From contig CAWGHO010000002.1 in the NCBI GenBank assembly GCA_963822445.1, forward strand, positions 2,112,001 to 2,176,000: a DNA stretch of 64,000 nucleotides. The letters run 5' to 3'. The DNA comes from an uncultured Acidobacteriota bacterium. GTDB lineage: Bacteria > Acidobacteriota > Thermoanaerobaculia > Gp7-AA8. A model generated the notes under the pieces. That model was not told the DNA's origin. It saw only the letters and a program-made list of their open reading frames with translations, and did not search any database. Each line of letters begins with the position of its first letter. Positions within the stretch are counted from its first letter, which is position 1. Position numbers and translations under genes: made by a program. This document shows positions 42,066-52,442 of this stretch, one piece after another.

Positions 42066-42599
42066 ATGGGGGTAACCATGTCAGACAGCGGCGGCCCAGG
42101 CGACGACACTCACGTCGAAGGAGAGATAACACTGCGCTGGAGGGCTGACCGTATCTTGGAGCACCTAAAAACACTCGTGGAGCAGTCGAACGAGTCGTCA
42201 CGCGACTCCGCTCGCGCCTTCTATCAGGCTATGATCTCACTCTCGGCGGGAGCTATCGTCGTCTCGGTGACTTTCGCCGAGAAGATCGCACCCCCACCGC
42301 GGGAGGCTACGGAACTTCTCGTTATCTCATGGGCACTGTTCACTTTCAGCCTTCTTTCGATTCTGGTCGCGTTCCGCCAACTCGGCAACGAACGAGCCGC
42401 GGCAGATGTCCGAATGAACGTCTGGGTATACAAGATCTGTTTTGGCGACTTGGAGGGCGACACGATTGAGAAGTCACTCGGGCCTCCGTTCGAGCCACCG
42501 CGGCCGATTCTGTCCAAGATCCTTGTCGCTGCGTCAATCGCGTCTTTCGGTCTGGGTGTTAGCGTACTCACGTGGTTTGCCGGGGCGAATCTCAAATAG
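42066..42599 (+). CDS. C27: hypothetical membrane protein (3 TM)
   Basis: ISLSAGAIVVSVTF, SWALFTFSLL and a C-terminal TM. Confidence 0.7.
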   Translation: MGVTMSDSGGPGDDTHVEGEITLRWRADRILEHLKTLVEQSNESSRDSARAFYQAMISLSAGAIVVSVTFAEKIAPPPREATELLVISWALFTFSLLSILVAFRQLGNERAAADVRMNVWVYKICFGDLEGDTIEKSLGPPFEPPRPILSKILVAASIASFGLGVSVLTWFAGANLK

Positions 42600-42623
42600 G
42601 AGAGTCGGCGGAGGCGAGAGCTG

Positions 42624-42914
42624 ATGGCAACAAAGGGAGTGCCAGTCAGTAAGCTTCTGTGTTCGACAGGCGAACCTGGCGAGTCGTTCGACTTTTCAGC
42701 TCTCGCGCTCTTTCGGAACTCTACAGTGTTCGTCAGTGTCGGCACGCTAAGTGTCGTCATTCAGCTGTCGCCGCTGTGGACATCGCACGTGCCACGTTGG
42801 TTCCGAGATGGCGCTACGATAAACTTGGAGTTGGCTTATGAACGAAGCGTCGGAAGTCACGATGCCTCCTCTCACTATGGCCTTACACTCGTATTGAATT
42901 GGCTTGGATTCTGA
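42624..42914 (+). CDS. C27: hypothetical protein
   Basis: GGAGG upstream; ends before the attC; weak support. Confidence 0.35.
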   Translation: MATKGVPVSKLLCSTGEPGESFDFSALALFRNSTVFVSVGTLSVVIQLSPLWTSHVPRWFRDGATINLELAYERSVGSHDASSHYGLTLVLNWLGF

Positions 42915-42933
42915 CGTTGTGGTGGGTGGCGCG

Positions 42934-43130
42934 GCCTAACTACTGCCAGAAGCTGGCACGGCCCGGCTTCGGTCCGGCGGCCGAGCCGCCTATATCGTCG
43001 TAGTTTGGGCGGCGTCACGCTGGTTGCAATTCGCCAGTCGCGGCTGCGCAACTCCTCGGCGGCAACCGGCGCGCCGCTCTCCGTCTCCACGTGGGCCCTG
43101 GCCGTGCAGCTTAGGCGATAGACGTTGGGC
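42934..43130 (+). repeat. attC 27 (family C)
   Basis: GCCTAAC...GTTGGGC. Confidence 0.9.
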
Positions 43131-43428
43131 GGACTCGGCACGAAGAGGTAGGCCCGACTTCCATTTACGCGTTGGCAGTCGCACCGACCGAAGCGGCGGA
43201 GCCGCGCGCCAAGGCGTCCGCCACAATTGTTCGTCGTGGTACCCGCCCATCCGCCGGCTCGTCCCACGTGCAGCGCGCGCGAAACACATTCTTTCGTAGG
43301 CCGGTCGCAATCGCCGCGATTGCCGCGATCCCCGCCGGCCTGTCGGCCGAGCACGCATTCCGCGTCCGTCACCATTCGGCGCGCGCGCTGCTCCCAAGTG
43401 CGCAAAGTTATGCGTGTGGCCGCCCAAC
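43124..43428. ncRNA. C28: ORF-less cassette family Y, copy 1
   Basis: Four similar cassettes; 12-bp stem 43270-43281/43380-43391 enclosing a variable segment. Confidence 0.6.
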
Positions 43429-43611
43429 AACTCACAGCAGCTGTCGCGGCCCGGCTTCGGCTCGGCGGCCGAGCCGCCTAGGCCGAACAGTACCGGCGCG
43501 GCGTCACGCCGGCTGCAGTTCGGTTCATTCGTTAATCGCCGGCAGCCGGCGCGCCGCGCTGCCGTAGCCACGCGGGCCCTGGCCGCGCAGCTGAGTGAGA
43601 TGACGTTGGGC
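43422..43611 (+). repeat. attC 28 (family D, Y-specific)
   Basis: GCCCAAC...GTTGGGC; L arms ctcac[ag]cagctg/cagctgagtgag. Confidence 0.9.
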
Positions 43612-43943
43612 GGACGAAACTCCATCGTTGCCAGCGTCGGAATACCTATGAACGTAGATGGACCGTTGTCGGATCATGCTCGCTCAACGCATGGCTGTTC
43701 TAGCCGTGAGGCGGTCGATCATGGATCCGCCTCGCGCGGCCGTTTTCGAGCGGCGACGGCGCGGTGTGGTTGAGCGGTTCTGTCGTCGATCCTCGGCGCT
43801 ATTCGCAAAGGATTCGATGTGCGTGTCGAACCTTGCCTGCCAGTCGGGGTCAGTCCTGAAGGTGACCAAGTAGACGCTCATCCGTTCCGACTTGCTCGCC
43901 CAGGAAGCGCCGTGCGCCGGTTGGCGTTAGAATGTCGAGCGAC

Positions 43944-44162
43944 ATGCGAATAGCATCAGGAAAAGTAATCCACGGTCAGATCGTTTACGAAGGTGAATTG
44001 CCTGAGGGCGCAGAGGTTACGCTCCTTGCGCACGACCTTGAGGACACTTTCGAGGTCAGTCCCGAACTCAAGGCGGTCCTTCTCGAATCGATTGCCCAGT
44101 GCGAGCGTGGGGAAACTATTTCAGCTGACGAGCTCATTCGGGAGATGCTCAGTCGCGAATGA
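43944..44162 (+). CDS. C29: putative antitoxin
   Basis: Small acidic ORF overlapping the start of the ParE/RelE gene. Confidence 0.7.
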   Translation: MRIASGKVIHGQIVYEGELPEGAEVTLLAHDLEDTFEVSPELKAVLLESIAQCERGETISADELIREMLSRE

Positions 44163-44470
44163 GGGCTCCGCTTCAAGTTGAAATCAGCGAGCTCGCAGCT
44201 CAGCACATTCGGGAACTGGAATCATGGTGGCGGCTAAACCGCACGGCTGCGCCCAACGCAGTTCGAGAGGAGCTTCAGCGTGTTTTGCGGCTCATCACGT
44301 TGACGCCGCTCATTGGTCGCCGAGCGACAGACGTCGATCTTGAGAACGTTCGCCGCATCCACATTTCGAGAATTTGGCACTTCCTCTACTACCGCGTCGT
44401 TGACGATCCTGAGCGTATTGAACTTGTTGCGCTCTGGTCCGACAGTCGCGGCGAAGGGCCACCGATTTGA
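44159..44470 (+). CDS. C29: RelE/ParE-family toxin
   Basis: VEISELAAQHI...PLIGR...FLYYRV...IELVALW. Confidence 0.8.
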   Translation: MRAPLQVEISELAAQHIRELESWWRLNRTAAPNAVREELQRVLRLITLTPLIGRRATDVDLENVRRIHISRIWHFLYYRVVDDPERIELVALWSDSRGEGPPI

Positions 44471-44484
44471 GATCTCTCGTCGCC

Positions 44485-44681
44485 GCCCAACTACTGCCAG
44501 GAGCTGTCGGCGGGCTGGCTTCGTGGCCCGTCGGCCGAGCCGACTCGGCAGACTCCAAGTCGCGCGGCGTCACGGCCGTTGCAGTTCGCTCCTGCCGGTA
44601 AGCGTTGGTCGCGGCAACGGCCGCGCCGCTCTGCTGCTTGCGCCGGTGAACCCGCCGCAGCTCAGGCGATAGACGTTAGCC
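44485..44681 (+). repeat. attC 29 (family B variant)
   Basis: GCCCAAC...GTTAGCC. Confidence 0.9.
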
Positions 44682-44870
44682 GGACGAAGGCAAGAAACAC
44701 TGATGCCACTCGACATGCCATACTCGGGCCTCGTCCACAGCCGACAAAACGTGCGGGGGAGGGGGCGAGGGACGTCGTCCGCGTCCAGGCGCTACGGCTG
44801 AGGGTAGGGGTTGTCCTCGCCGCGACACTCCTTCGTTGAAGGACACCAACAGAGCGATCATGGAGGTGCT

Positions 44871-45584
44871 ATGACGGACATTCCGACACCGACTCCTGCT
44901 GGTTCGACGAGCCCCGCTAACTCCCAACTCTCGGCGCCAGGCAAGTCGCTAGACGAGCGTGTTCGCGATCTCGAGGAAAACGCGAAGAAGGTCGCGCAGC
45001 GCGCCACAATAATCGCCGTACTGGCGGCTCTTTTTGGCGGAGGAGGGCTTGCCGGTACGATACAGTGGCTCGCTGGTAGTAGGCTGCGCGAAGCCGAGGT
45101 AACCTTAAGCGACCAGCAGAAAAAGATTAACGAGCAAGACATGCGTCTAAAAAGCCAGGACATGCGGCTGAAGGAACAGGACGCGCGGCTCAAGCAGCAA
45201 CTTGGCGAGCATGACGTTGCTCTAAAGGCTCAGGCGCGACAAATCGGAGAGTACGAAGTAAAGCTGAAGGGCTTAGCCTTACACCGCGACGAGTTCAACG
45301 ATCGGCTTTCGTCGTTTAACGCAGCCACGGCGTCGCTAGAACGGGGCATCGCTGCCGCGCGCCAATCTGGTTCTACGCAGGGCATTAACGCTTTGGTGCA
45401 AGAACTCATTCAGCAAAACCGCGAATTCTCGCAGTTTGCCGCACAGACTAGACGATATGTCGAAGAGTTGCCTGGCGCGCCAGGGTGGTATCGCCAAGCG
45501 GTTGCACAGGCAGAGGCGGCTTCACGTCAGCATGACCAGCACCTACAAAGAATCAAGAATGAATTATCCGGGCCGGGCTCCTAA
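44871..45584 (+). CDS. C30: TM-anchored coiled-coil protein
   Basis: GGAGG RBS; heptad repeats EQDMRLK/SQDMRLK/EQDARLK. Confidence 0.75.
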   Translation: MTDIPTPTPAGSTSPANSQLSAPGKSLDERVRDLEENAKKVAQRATIIAVLAALFGGGGLAGTIQWLAGSRLREAEVTLSDQQKKINEQDMRLKSQDMRLKEQDARLKQQLGEHDVALKAQARQIGEYEVKLKGLALHRDEFNDRLSSFNAATASLERGIAAARQSGSTQGINALVQELIQQNREFSQFAAQTRRYVEELPGAPGWYRQAVAQAEAASRQHDQHLQRIKNELSGPGS

Positions 45585-45590
45585 AACGCC

Positions 45591-45787
45591 GGCTAACTAC
45601 TGCCAGAAGCTGGCACGGCCCGGCTTCGGTCCGGCGGCCGAGCCGCCTACATTCTCTCCAGCTTGGTGGCGTCACGGCGGTCGCAGTTCGGCAGGCGTTG
45701 CACGCAACTTCTCGCCGGCAACCGCCGCGCCGCTCAGGCTTCGGCACGCGGGCCCTGGCCGTGCAGCTTAGGCGATAGACGTTAGGC
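45591..45787 (+). repeat. attC 30 (family C)
   Basis: GGCTAAC...GTTAGGC. Confidence 0.9.
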
Positions 45788-45894
45788 CGACGTACTCACA
45801 TTAGGGTGGCGGCGAGCTCTCTATGAAGCTCCGCAGTTGTGCGTCGCGCGTCGAAATTGTCGGCAATCCGTCCGTGGCATCGTCGTGCTTCGCG

Positions 45895-46240
45895 GCACGA
45901 TTCCCCCTCGCAGCTGACATCGCCTCAAGAGTGCGGGCCGCGAACAGCAAAACGCGCCACCCGCATGCGCAAGCGTTCAGTCGGTCCCTTCACGCCCTCC
46001 CACCACCCGCGGTAGACCGACTGAACGCTTGCGCATCACGCCCACCCGGCGCACGCTCATCGCGGCCCTGGCATCGACGCCCCTCCCGCCGACGCGCGTC
46101 GAACTCACGGATGCGCGCCGTGACACGGCGGTCGCAGATCGCTCCAGCCGACGGGTCGTTCGTCGCGGCAACCGCCGCGCCCCGGGCAGGGGAGCGTGAA
46201 TTCGACGCGCTCACACCCGTACCGACGCCGCTCCCGCCCC
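45895..46240. ncRNA. Structured non-coding element X, copy 2 (in C31)
   Basis: Perfect 22-bp stem 45965-45986/46015-46036. Confidence 0.6.
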
Positions 46241-46390
46241 TTGCAGGCCGCGAGATACAGGTTGGCCCGACGAACAGAAGTCGAAGTGAAATACGCCGGT
46301 GAACGCGCAGCGAGACGGGAATCAGTCAAGCGCGGCATTCGACGGGTTGACAGTCGTAACATTGGGCGACCCACTAGCCAAGAGGCTGTC

Positions 46391-47266
46391 ATGCGCTACG
46401 CCACGCTACTCTTAACCGGTCTGTTTGCTCTTCAAGGGTCGATTGCCGATGGCAAGACGCGCGCAGTGTCTCATCCAAGTGACCCGTTGGATGTTGTCTT
46501 GATGATCAAGACGTTCGGCGATCCTGGTCCCGACCAGATTTACGAAGTAGTGGCGGGGGTATATGACCATATTCCGAATCCTATGATAACGGATTTTCGT
46601 CTTAAAGATCCAGACGGGCGCGTACAGTGGGAACGGCACCATGAGTCCTATTGTTTTGACTGCAAGCCGAGTGATTGGCAGGACCCGAAATGGCGCTGGT
46701 TTTGGCTAGTCTGGCACGGCCCGCTACCCGCTGGTTGGCCGTCTGGCGTGAGCAGTTTTGAAATCAGCACAAAACGGAACGCCCAGCAAGTCACCGCCAC
46801 CGCGAAGTTTGCAGTCAATGTAGCGTCACCACCTCAACTCGGTCCTTTGGAAAGAACTGTTGTCGACGCCAACGGCGGCGTTATGCTCTTTGGAGCTTTT
46901 CCTACGCCACCTGTTGTTGCAGATATTCAGCTGTACCGGATGAAGTTAAGCGACGGATACTACATTCCGCCCGGCGCTATGTACGACCAGACTGGCGATA
47001 CCACCATTGTTGTTTGCTCTGGCGTTCGTGGCGACATCGCCAATTTGGAATGCACGACGGAGCAAGTGCGCTTGCCAGGTGCTACGAGTCATTCGAATGT
47101 CAGTTTCCATGGAGGCCGCTTCTTGGGAGATTTATGTAACGAGAACCACCGGACCGCTCTCGACAGAAGCTTGGCTTCGACCGCTAACTGCAACACCGAT
47201 GCGCCACTCGCTATGGGCAATATGCGCGACCGCTGCCATCTATTGCATCCGATTGCGCCACTATGA
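46391..47266 (+). CDS. C31: secreted hypothetical protein
   Basis: Signal peptide MRYATLLLTGLFAL; GAGG RBS. Confidence 0.65.
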   Translation: MRYATLLLTGLFALQGSIADGKTRAVSHPSDPLDVVLMIKTFGDPGPDQIYEVVAGVYDHIPNPMITDFRLKDPDGRVQWERHHESYCFDCKPSDWQDPKWRWFWLVWHGPLPAGWPSGVSSFEISTKRNAQQVTATAKFAVNVASPPQLGPLERTVVDANGGVMLFGAFPTPPVVADIQLYRMKLSDGYYIPPGAMYDQTGDTTIVVCSGVRGDIANLECTTEQVRLPGATSHSNVSFHGGRFLGDLCNENHRTALDRSLASTANCNTDAPLAMGNMRDRCHLLHPIAPL

Positions 47267-47298
47267 TGCCGGGTGCGTGTAAGCGTCTACCCACCGCG

Positions 47299-47496
47299 GC
47301 CTAACTACTGCCAGAAGCTGGCACGGCCCGGCTTCGGTCCGGCGGCCGAGCCGCCTACGCCGTCGCAAGCGCGGCGGCGTCACGCCGGCTGCAGATCGCG
47401 ACTCGGTTCTTCGAACGTCATTCGCGGCAACCGGCGCGCCGCTCCGGCTTCGGCACGCGGGCCTTGGCCGTGCAGCTTAGGCGATAGACGTTAGGC
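47299..47496 (+). repeat. attC 31 (family C)
   Basis: GCCTAAC...GTTAGGC. Confidence 0.9.
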
Positions 47497-47592
47497 CGAC
47501 GAAAGACACCGTCCCGTGGTGCCTACCCGCCAAAACGCAAAGCCGGCTCCCTCCTGGCGCATGCAAAACGCGCGGGTGGCTCGATGCGCGCC

Positions 47593-48513
47593 TCATTCTT
47601 GCTTAAACCAGGTCCACATCGACCGAGGCCGCGTGAAAATCTCAAGCGAGGCGCGGCCGTATACCGTGCCAGAGGTCGAACCGTCTGCATTCATCGCATT
47701 CCTTGCACGTATCTTGAGCAGAACGTGCGACTCCTCTGTAAACAAGCTTATTGGAAGTCTTACAGTGCCGCTGTCGGTACCGAGATTGGGCGCTATCCCG
47801 AAAACTTGATGTCCGTTCACATAGATTTCGCCACCATCGTCCAACGTATAGTGAAGCAGAACCCTCGTGATGGTCACCCCGTCAGGAACACTGCAAGCGC
47901 TCGAGCTGTCGACTATTGTGCCGCCTACACCCGGCTGCGTGGCGGCGGTGCATGTCACGGGTGGGCGGTACGGCACCAATGGAAATTCATCCACGGACGT
48001 CTTGCGCCCGATCACAAAGCCGGAAACTGTCAAGCCAGTCAACAGTGCTGCCAACACCCAGAGGCGCGGCACATTAAGCTTGGAACTCAGCTGCTGAGGC
48101 TCCGTCCCTCGTGGGAGAATCGATGCCCCAAGCACGTCACCGACGGAGTCGAGGCACTCCTCTAGACTCGGAGAGGATTTCGGGGGCTTCCAGCCGGTGA
48201 GGTCTGCCGCGTGCTTTCGTCGAAACTCCAGCGGCGGGAGTGCCTCCTCAAGCATTACCGGAACAAGAATGCTTCGTCGCGCCCCCTCGGCGGCCTCGTT
48301 CTGAACCCACTCCGCGGAGACCGAATGCTGTGACCACAGTACGACAACACAGCGTGCCGCGTTCAGTTCTTTTTCAATCGCATCGGAAAACGACTGTCCG
48401 ATTTTGATCTTACGATCCCACCAAACGGTCCAACCACGCGATGCGATCGCGTCGGCAAGAGCGGCGGCTCGATGGCGATCCTCGCGCGCGTAGCTTATGA
48501 ATACGTCGGCCAT
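47593..48513 (-). CDS. C32: TIR domain + TM + extracytoplasmic beta-rich domain
   Basis: DVFISYARED, VWWDR, VVVLWS..SV.AEWV..E; TM; DDGGEIYVNG. Confidence 0.85.
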   Translation of the reverse strand: MADVFISYAREDRHRAAALADAIASRGWTVWWDRKIKIGQSFSDAIEKELNAARCVVVLWSQHSVSAEWVQNEAAEGARRSILVPVMLEEALPPLEFRRKHAADLTGWKPPKSSPSLEECLDSVGDVLGASILPRGTEPQQLSSKLNVPRLWVLAALLTGLTVSGFVIGRKTSVDEFPLVPYRPPVTCTAATQPGVGGTIVDSSSACSVPDGVTITRVLLHYTLDDGGEIYVNGHQVFGIAPNLGTDSGTVRLPISLFTEESHVLLKIRARNAMNADGSTSGTVYGRASLEIFTRPRSMWTWFKQE

Positions 48514-48590
48514 GAACGCCCGGGCTATTGACCGCAAGTATAAGGCGCATCACACGATATCGCGACGCCGTTTGTGAAAAGCCACGCGCG

Positions 48591-48789
48591 GCCTAACTTC
48601 TGCCAGAAGCTGTCGGCGGGCTGTCTAGCGTGGCCCGTCGGCCGAGCCGACTTGGCCGGCTCCAACCGGCGCGGCGTCACGTCCGTTGCAGTTCGCTCCT
48701 GCCGACAAAGCGTTAGTCGCGGCAACGGCCGCGCCGCTCTACTGGTTGCTCCTGCGCACCCGCCGCAGCTTAGGCGACAGACGTTGGGC
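48591..48789 (+). repeat. attC 32 (family B variant)
   Basis: GCCTAAC...GTTGGGC. Confidence 0.9.
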
Positions 48790-48816
48790 GGACGCAAGGT
48801 CGGGTAAGATCGAAAT

Positions 48817-50088
48817 ATGTCCGTCCCTGTCATTTACGGGAAGATTCTTGCACTTTCGCGTGAGTACTCCTGGCGTCCAATTCCAGATGGTCTCGATCGG
48901 CAGTTCTTCACCGGTGGAGATCCACGCCTTCCGTTCTCCGGAATCGGCCTGACGTGGTGGCTTACCCGTCGAGGCTACAAGACTCTTCGCGACTTGGCTC
49001 GTCTTGCCGTCGAACACCTATCGCATCTAGGCTTAGATCGTGACTCCGTCGAGGACATCATCGAGGATGTGTTTCAGAAAAACGCCACAAACAGAGCGTT
49101 ATTCGTCGCCGACTCGTTCATGCACCACCCTAACCTCTTCGAATCACGCGCCATAGGGGAGTCAGCCTTTGCGTCAGCGATATGGTCGCATATCGACCGC
49201 GCGCTCGCAGACGGGGTGGCCGACTGGCTCGTAGTGGTGCCAGTTCCGCGTATCAAGTCCGTCTCGCACGAGCTCGGTCATGATGGCCTCGCGCTTGTGG
49301 CCGCCGGAGACGACGAAACATGGCGCCGCGTAAGTGCCGATTTCCGGAGCGCGCAATTCTGGAACTCACGCACTGGTCATGCCGATCCGAGAGATGCAGA
49401 GATTATGCGGCCAGTCACCACGGATACGTGGCTCACATGTCGGGCCAAGGGCACGAAAGCAGGTGCGAACCTCGTTGCCCGTGAACGTATGCGCACCTTC
49501 GTCGCTCTTCTCCTTGCGAGCTATTACGCCGGCAACGTGCACTTTCTAACGAAGAGCATGGCAGACGTACCAACGTACGGCACGCACTTTCCTGAGACAG
49601 GGACGCGTACCGGTGTGGGCTACGTGCAGATGCACGTCGGCGAGATCATCCCTCCCTTGTTGGACGATGTTGTCATAACACCTGATCACGTCGACGCCTG
49701 CCGAGCGTGGTATGCACGGCAGCTAATCGCTGCGCCAGATCTCCAGAAGCGTGCCTTTGTTGCCACTCAATTTGTGCATTACGCTATAGTCGCCGGCGAT
49801 CTCGAGAGATTCATTCACTTCTTTATCGCCCTGGATGCCTTGTTCGGCGTGCGTGGCAATGTCGAGAACACAATCGCCGACGGCGTCGAACGCACTTTTG
49901 CCGGCGACCCAGCGTGGAAGCAGCGTGCGCACCGGTTATTCAACCTACGCAATGAGTTACTTCACGGTGGCTCGAGCCGAATTCAAGCATGGGACGGCTA
50001 CGACGATTACGAGAGGCACTTTGCCTCGGAACCTGACGATGACGTCGCGATCGCGGCGTTAGTTGCCGTTCGTAACTATCCGGTTTAG
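48817..50088 (+). CDS. C33: ApeA-like HEPN protein
   Basis: FIALDALFG...LFNLRNELLHG. Confidence 0.8.
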   Translation: MSVPVIYGKILALSREYSWRPIPDGLDRQFFTGGDPRLPFSGIGLTWWLTRRGYKTLRDLARLAVEHLSHLGLDRDSVEDIIEDVFQKNATNRALFVADSFMHHPNLFESRAIGESAFASAIWSHIDRALADGVADWLVVVPVPRIKSVSHELGHDGLALVAAGDDETWRRVSADFRSAQFWNSRTGHADPRDAEIMRPVTTDTWLTCRAKGTKAGANLVARERMRTFVALLLASYYAGNVHFLTKSMADVPTYGTHFPETGTRTGVGYVQMHVGEIIPPLLDDVVITPDHVDACRAWYARQLIAAPDLQKRAFVATQFVHYAIVAGDLERFIHFFIALDALFGVRGNVENTIADGVERTFAGDPAWKQRAHRLFNLRNELLHGGSSRIQAWDGYDDYERHFASEPDDDVAIAALVAVRNYPV

Positions 50089-50098
50089 GTGCGGCGCC

Positions 50099-50297
50099 GC
50101 CCAACTACTGCCAGGAGCTGTCGGCGGGCCGTTTGCCGCGCCCGGCGCTGAAGCGCCTCGGCCGGTGTCGATTGGCCGGCGGCACGCCGGCCGACATGCT
50201 CTCGCGCCGCTGATCGCGGCGCGAACACTGCAGCCGTCGCGCCGCGCAACCGCACGCGCGTGGGGCCTCGCCGCAGCTCAGGCGATAGACGTTGGGC
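50099..50297 (+). repeat. attC 33 (family A)
   Basis: GCCCAAC...GTTGGGC. Confidence 0.9.
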
Positions 50298-50596
50298 GGA
50301 CTCGGCACTGCATCAGCGTAGGACGGACATCCATTTACGCGTTGGCAGTCGCACCGGCCGAAGCGGCAGAGCCGCGCGCCAAGGCGTCCGGCACAATTTT
50401 AGTCGTGGTACCCACCCTTCCCGCCGGCTTGTCGCACGTGCAGCGCGCGCGGACGCACGATTCGCGTAGCGAGTGACTACAGTAACTCAAGACGCAGCGG
50501 CAAAGCGGGCCTTCGGCCACGCGCGCTCCGCGCCATGCACCATTCGGCGCGCGCGCTGCTTCCAAGCGCGCAAAGTCATGCGTGTGGCCGCCCAAC
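50291..50596. ncRNA. C34: ORF-less cassette family Y, copy 2
   Basis: Same scaffold as C28; stem 50440-50451/50548-50559. Confidence 0.6.
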
Positions 50597-50778
50597 AACT
50601 CACAGCAGCTGTCGCGGCCCGGCTTCGGCCCGGCGCTGAAGCGCCTGGGCCGAACAGTACCGGCGCGGCGGCACGCCGGCCGCAATTCGGTTCATTCGTT
50701 AATCGCCGGCAGCCGGCGCGCCGCGCTGCCGTAACCACGTGGGCCCTGCCCGCGCAGCTGAGTGAGATGACGTTAGCC
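50590..50778 (+). repeat. attC 34 (family D, Y-specific)
   Basis: GCCCAAC...GTTAGCC. Confidence 0.9.
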
Positions 50779-50904
50779 CGACGAACGACTGCGCTCAGAC
50801 AGAGCCGCCACCCGACACGTACTGCATCGGGTTCGCTTGCGCCCTGAACCTTGGAAGAGATCGCAACTTCGCTTGGCGCTAGACTTCCCGTACTATTCGA
50901 TGTC

Positions 50905-51654
50905 ATGGACATTCGAGGGAAGAAGAACCCGTGGGCATCGGGTCCCGGTGAGATTCTTCGTCACGGAATTGAGCTGTTACGCCACGACACGGACACAAAC
51001 CGCCGCCTGGCGATGATCAGTATCGACAACGCGGTCGAACTGATGATGAAGACGTTTCTTGGCCTGCCACGGCGTATCTCTGGATTGAACATTCCGCGCA
51101 AACAGTTCCAAGAAATTGCAGAGAGTTTTCCCGCGCTTCTCGACGCGTTGGAACAGCATGCAAGCGATCGACTTGAAGGCGTTGATCTCGGAACCATCGA
51201 GTGGTATCACCGACTCCGAAATGAGCTGTACCACCAGGGAAATGGTCTCACGGTCGAGCGAGACAAGGTCGAAATTTACGCTGAACTCGCGAATATTCTT
51301 TTTAATAATCTGTTCGGCAGCCAACTTGTCGAACCTCCAACGTTAAAAGCTGGCTTGCTCGGTCAGTTCATGACCCTGTGGCCGATTTTCGAGCGTGCTA
51401 TTCGCATTCGGTCGCTACAGTTTGAGCCAGTCAGGACAGAGCGGCGGCCCAGACTTGGGATTGAAGCAGTCGAGATCCTTCACCGCGCCGGCGAACTCAC
51501 TGACTCGGAAGTATCGGAGATCCGTGAACTTCGATATGTGCGTAACAGAGCTGCGCACGCTGAACCGGGGTGGGAATCAGAGCTTACGCCAGAAAAGGTG
51601 AAGCGCCTTGAACAACTGGCGAGCAAGTTTCCCTCGCCACCAATCGCGGGCTAA
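50905..51654 (+). CDS. C35: protein with two HEPN-like RxxxxH motifs
   Basis: SIDNAVEL...RNELYH and RNRAAH. Confidence 0.7.
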   Translation: MDIRGKKNPWASGPGEILRHGIELLRHDTDTNRRLAMISIDNAVELMMKTFLGLPRRISGLNIPRKQFQEIAESFPALLDALEQHASDRLEGVDLGTIEWYHRLRNELYHQGNGLTVERDKVEIYAELANILFNNLFGSQLVEPPTLKAGLLGQFMTLWPIFERAIRIRSLQFEPVRTERRPRLGIEAVEILHRAGELTDSEVSEIRELRYVRNRAAHAEPGWESELTPEKVKRLEQLASKFPSPPIAG

Positions 51655-51847
51655 CTACTGCCAGGAGCTGTCGGCGGGCCGTTTGCCGCGCCCGGCGCTG
51701 AAGCGCCTCGTTCAGCGCCGATTGGCCGGCGGCACGCCGGCCGACATGCTCTCGCGCCGCTGGCCGCGGCGCGGACACTGCAGCCGTCGCGCCGCGCCCC
51801 CGCTCGCACGTGGGGCCTCGCCGCAGCTCAGGCGATAGACGTTAGGC
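51649..51847 (+). repeat. attC 35 (family A)
   Basis: GGCTAAC...GTTAGGC. Confidence 0.9.
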
Positions 51848-51911
51848 GGTCGTCTGCACGAACGCTCCGCGTCCATGTAGATTTTTACTACGAGGACTCG
51901 TCCTTCAATCG

Positions 51912-52260
51912 GCACGCTTCCTCCGCGCAGCTGAATCCATCGCCAGGTTGCGGGGCCGCGACCAGCAAAGCGCGCCTGCCCGCACGCGCAGTTGTGCTCC
52001 ATTCGGCCCCTTCACACCCGCCCGCCACCCGCGGTAGGCCGAATGGAGCACAACTGCGCTTCACACCCACCCGGCGCATGCTCGTCGCGGCCCTGACGGA
52101 GCGCACCACCCGCCCGCGCGCGACGAACTCCTGAGTGCATCGGTGTCACCGCGGTTGCAGGTCCGCTCCCGCCGACCTGTCGGTGGTCGCGGCAACCGCG
52201 GCGCCACCGATGCGCTCAGGAATTCGCCGCGCTTACAGCCGGCGACCGCTGCTCCCGCCC
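51912..52260. ncRNA. Structured non-coding element X, copy 3 (in C36)
   Basis: Perfect 23-bp stem 51986-52008/52037-52059 with a different sequence from the other copies. Confidence 0.6.
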
Positions 52261-52442
52261 GTGTCTTTTGGGGCGGCGCTTACATGCGAATCCCATTTTC
52301 GGCCGCTGTCGCTAGGCGGACGAAGGAACATCCGGTCACAGCGCTTCTACCAGATATCGAACATGCAGCTCAGCGCGGTGTAGACTTACCGACGTGCGTA
52401 CCGTCAAGATCGAGACATTACGCGCAAGGCGGAGAACATAGC

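Noticed and set aside
43172-43567. AVAPTEAAEPRAKAS peptide shared by the Y cassettes
   Set aside because: No conserved start or RBS, indels between copies, and ORFs run through attC sites; better explained by nucleotide-level conservation.
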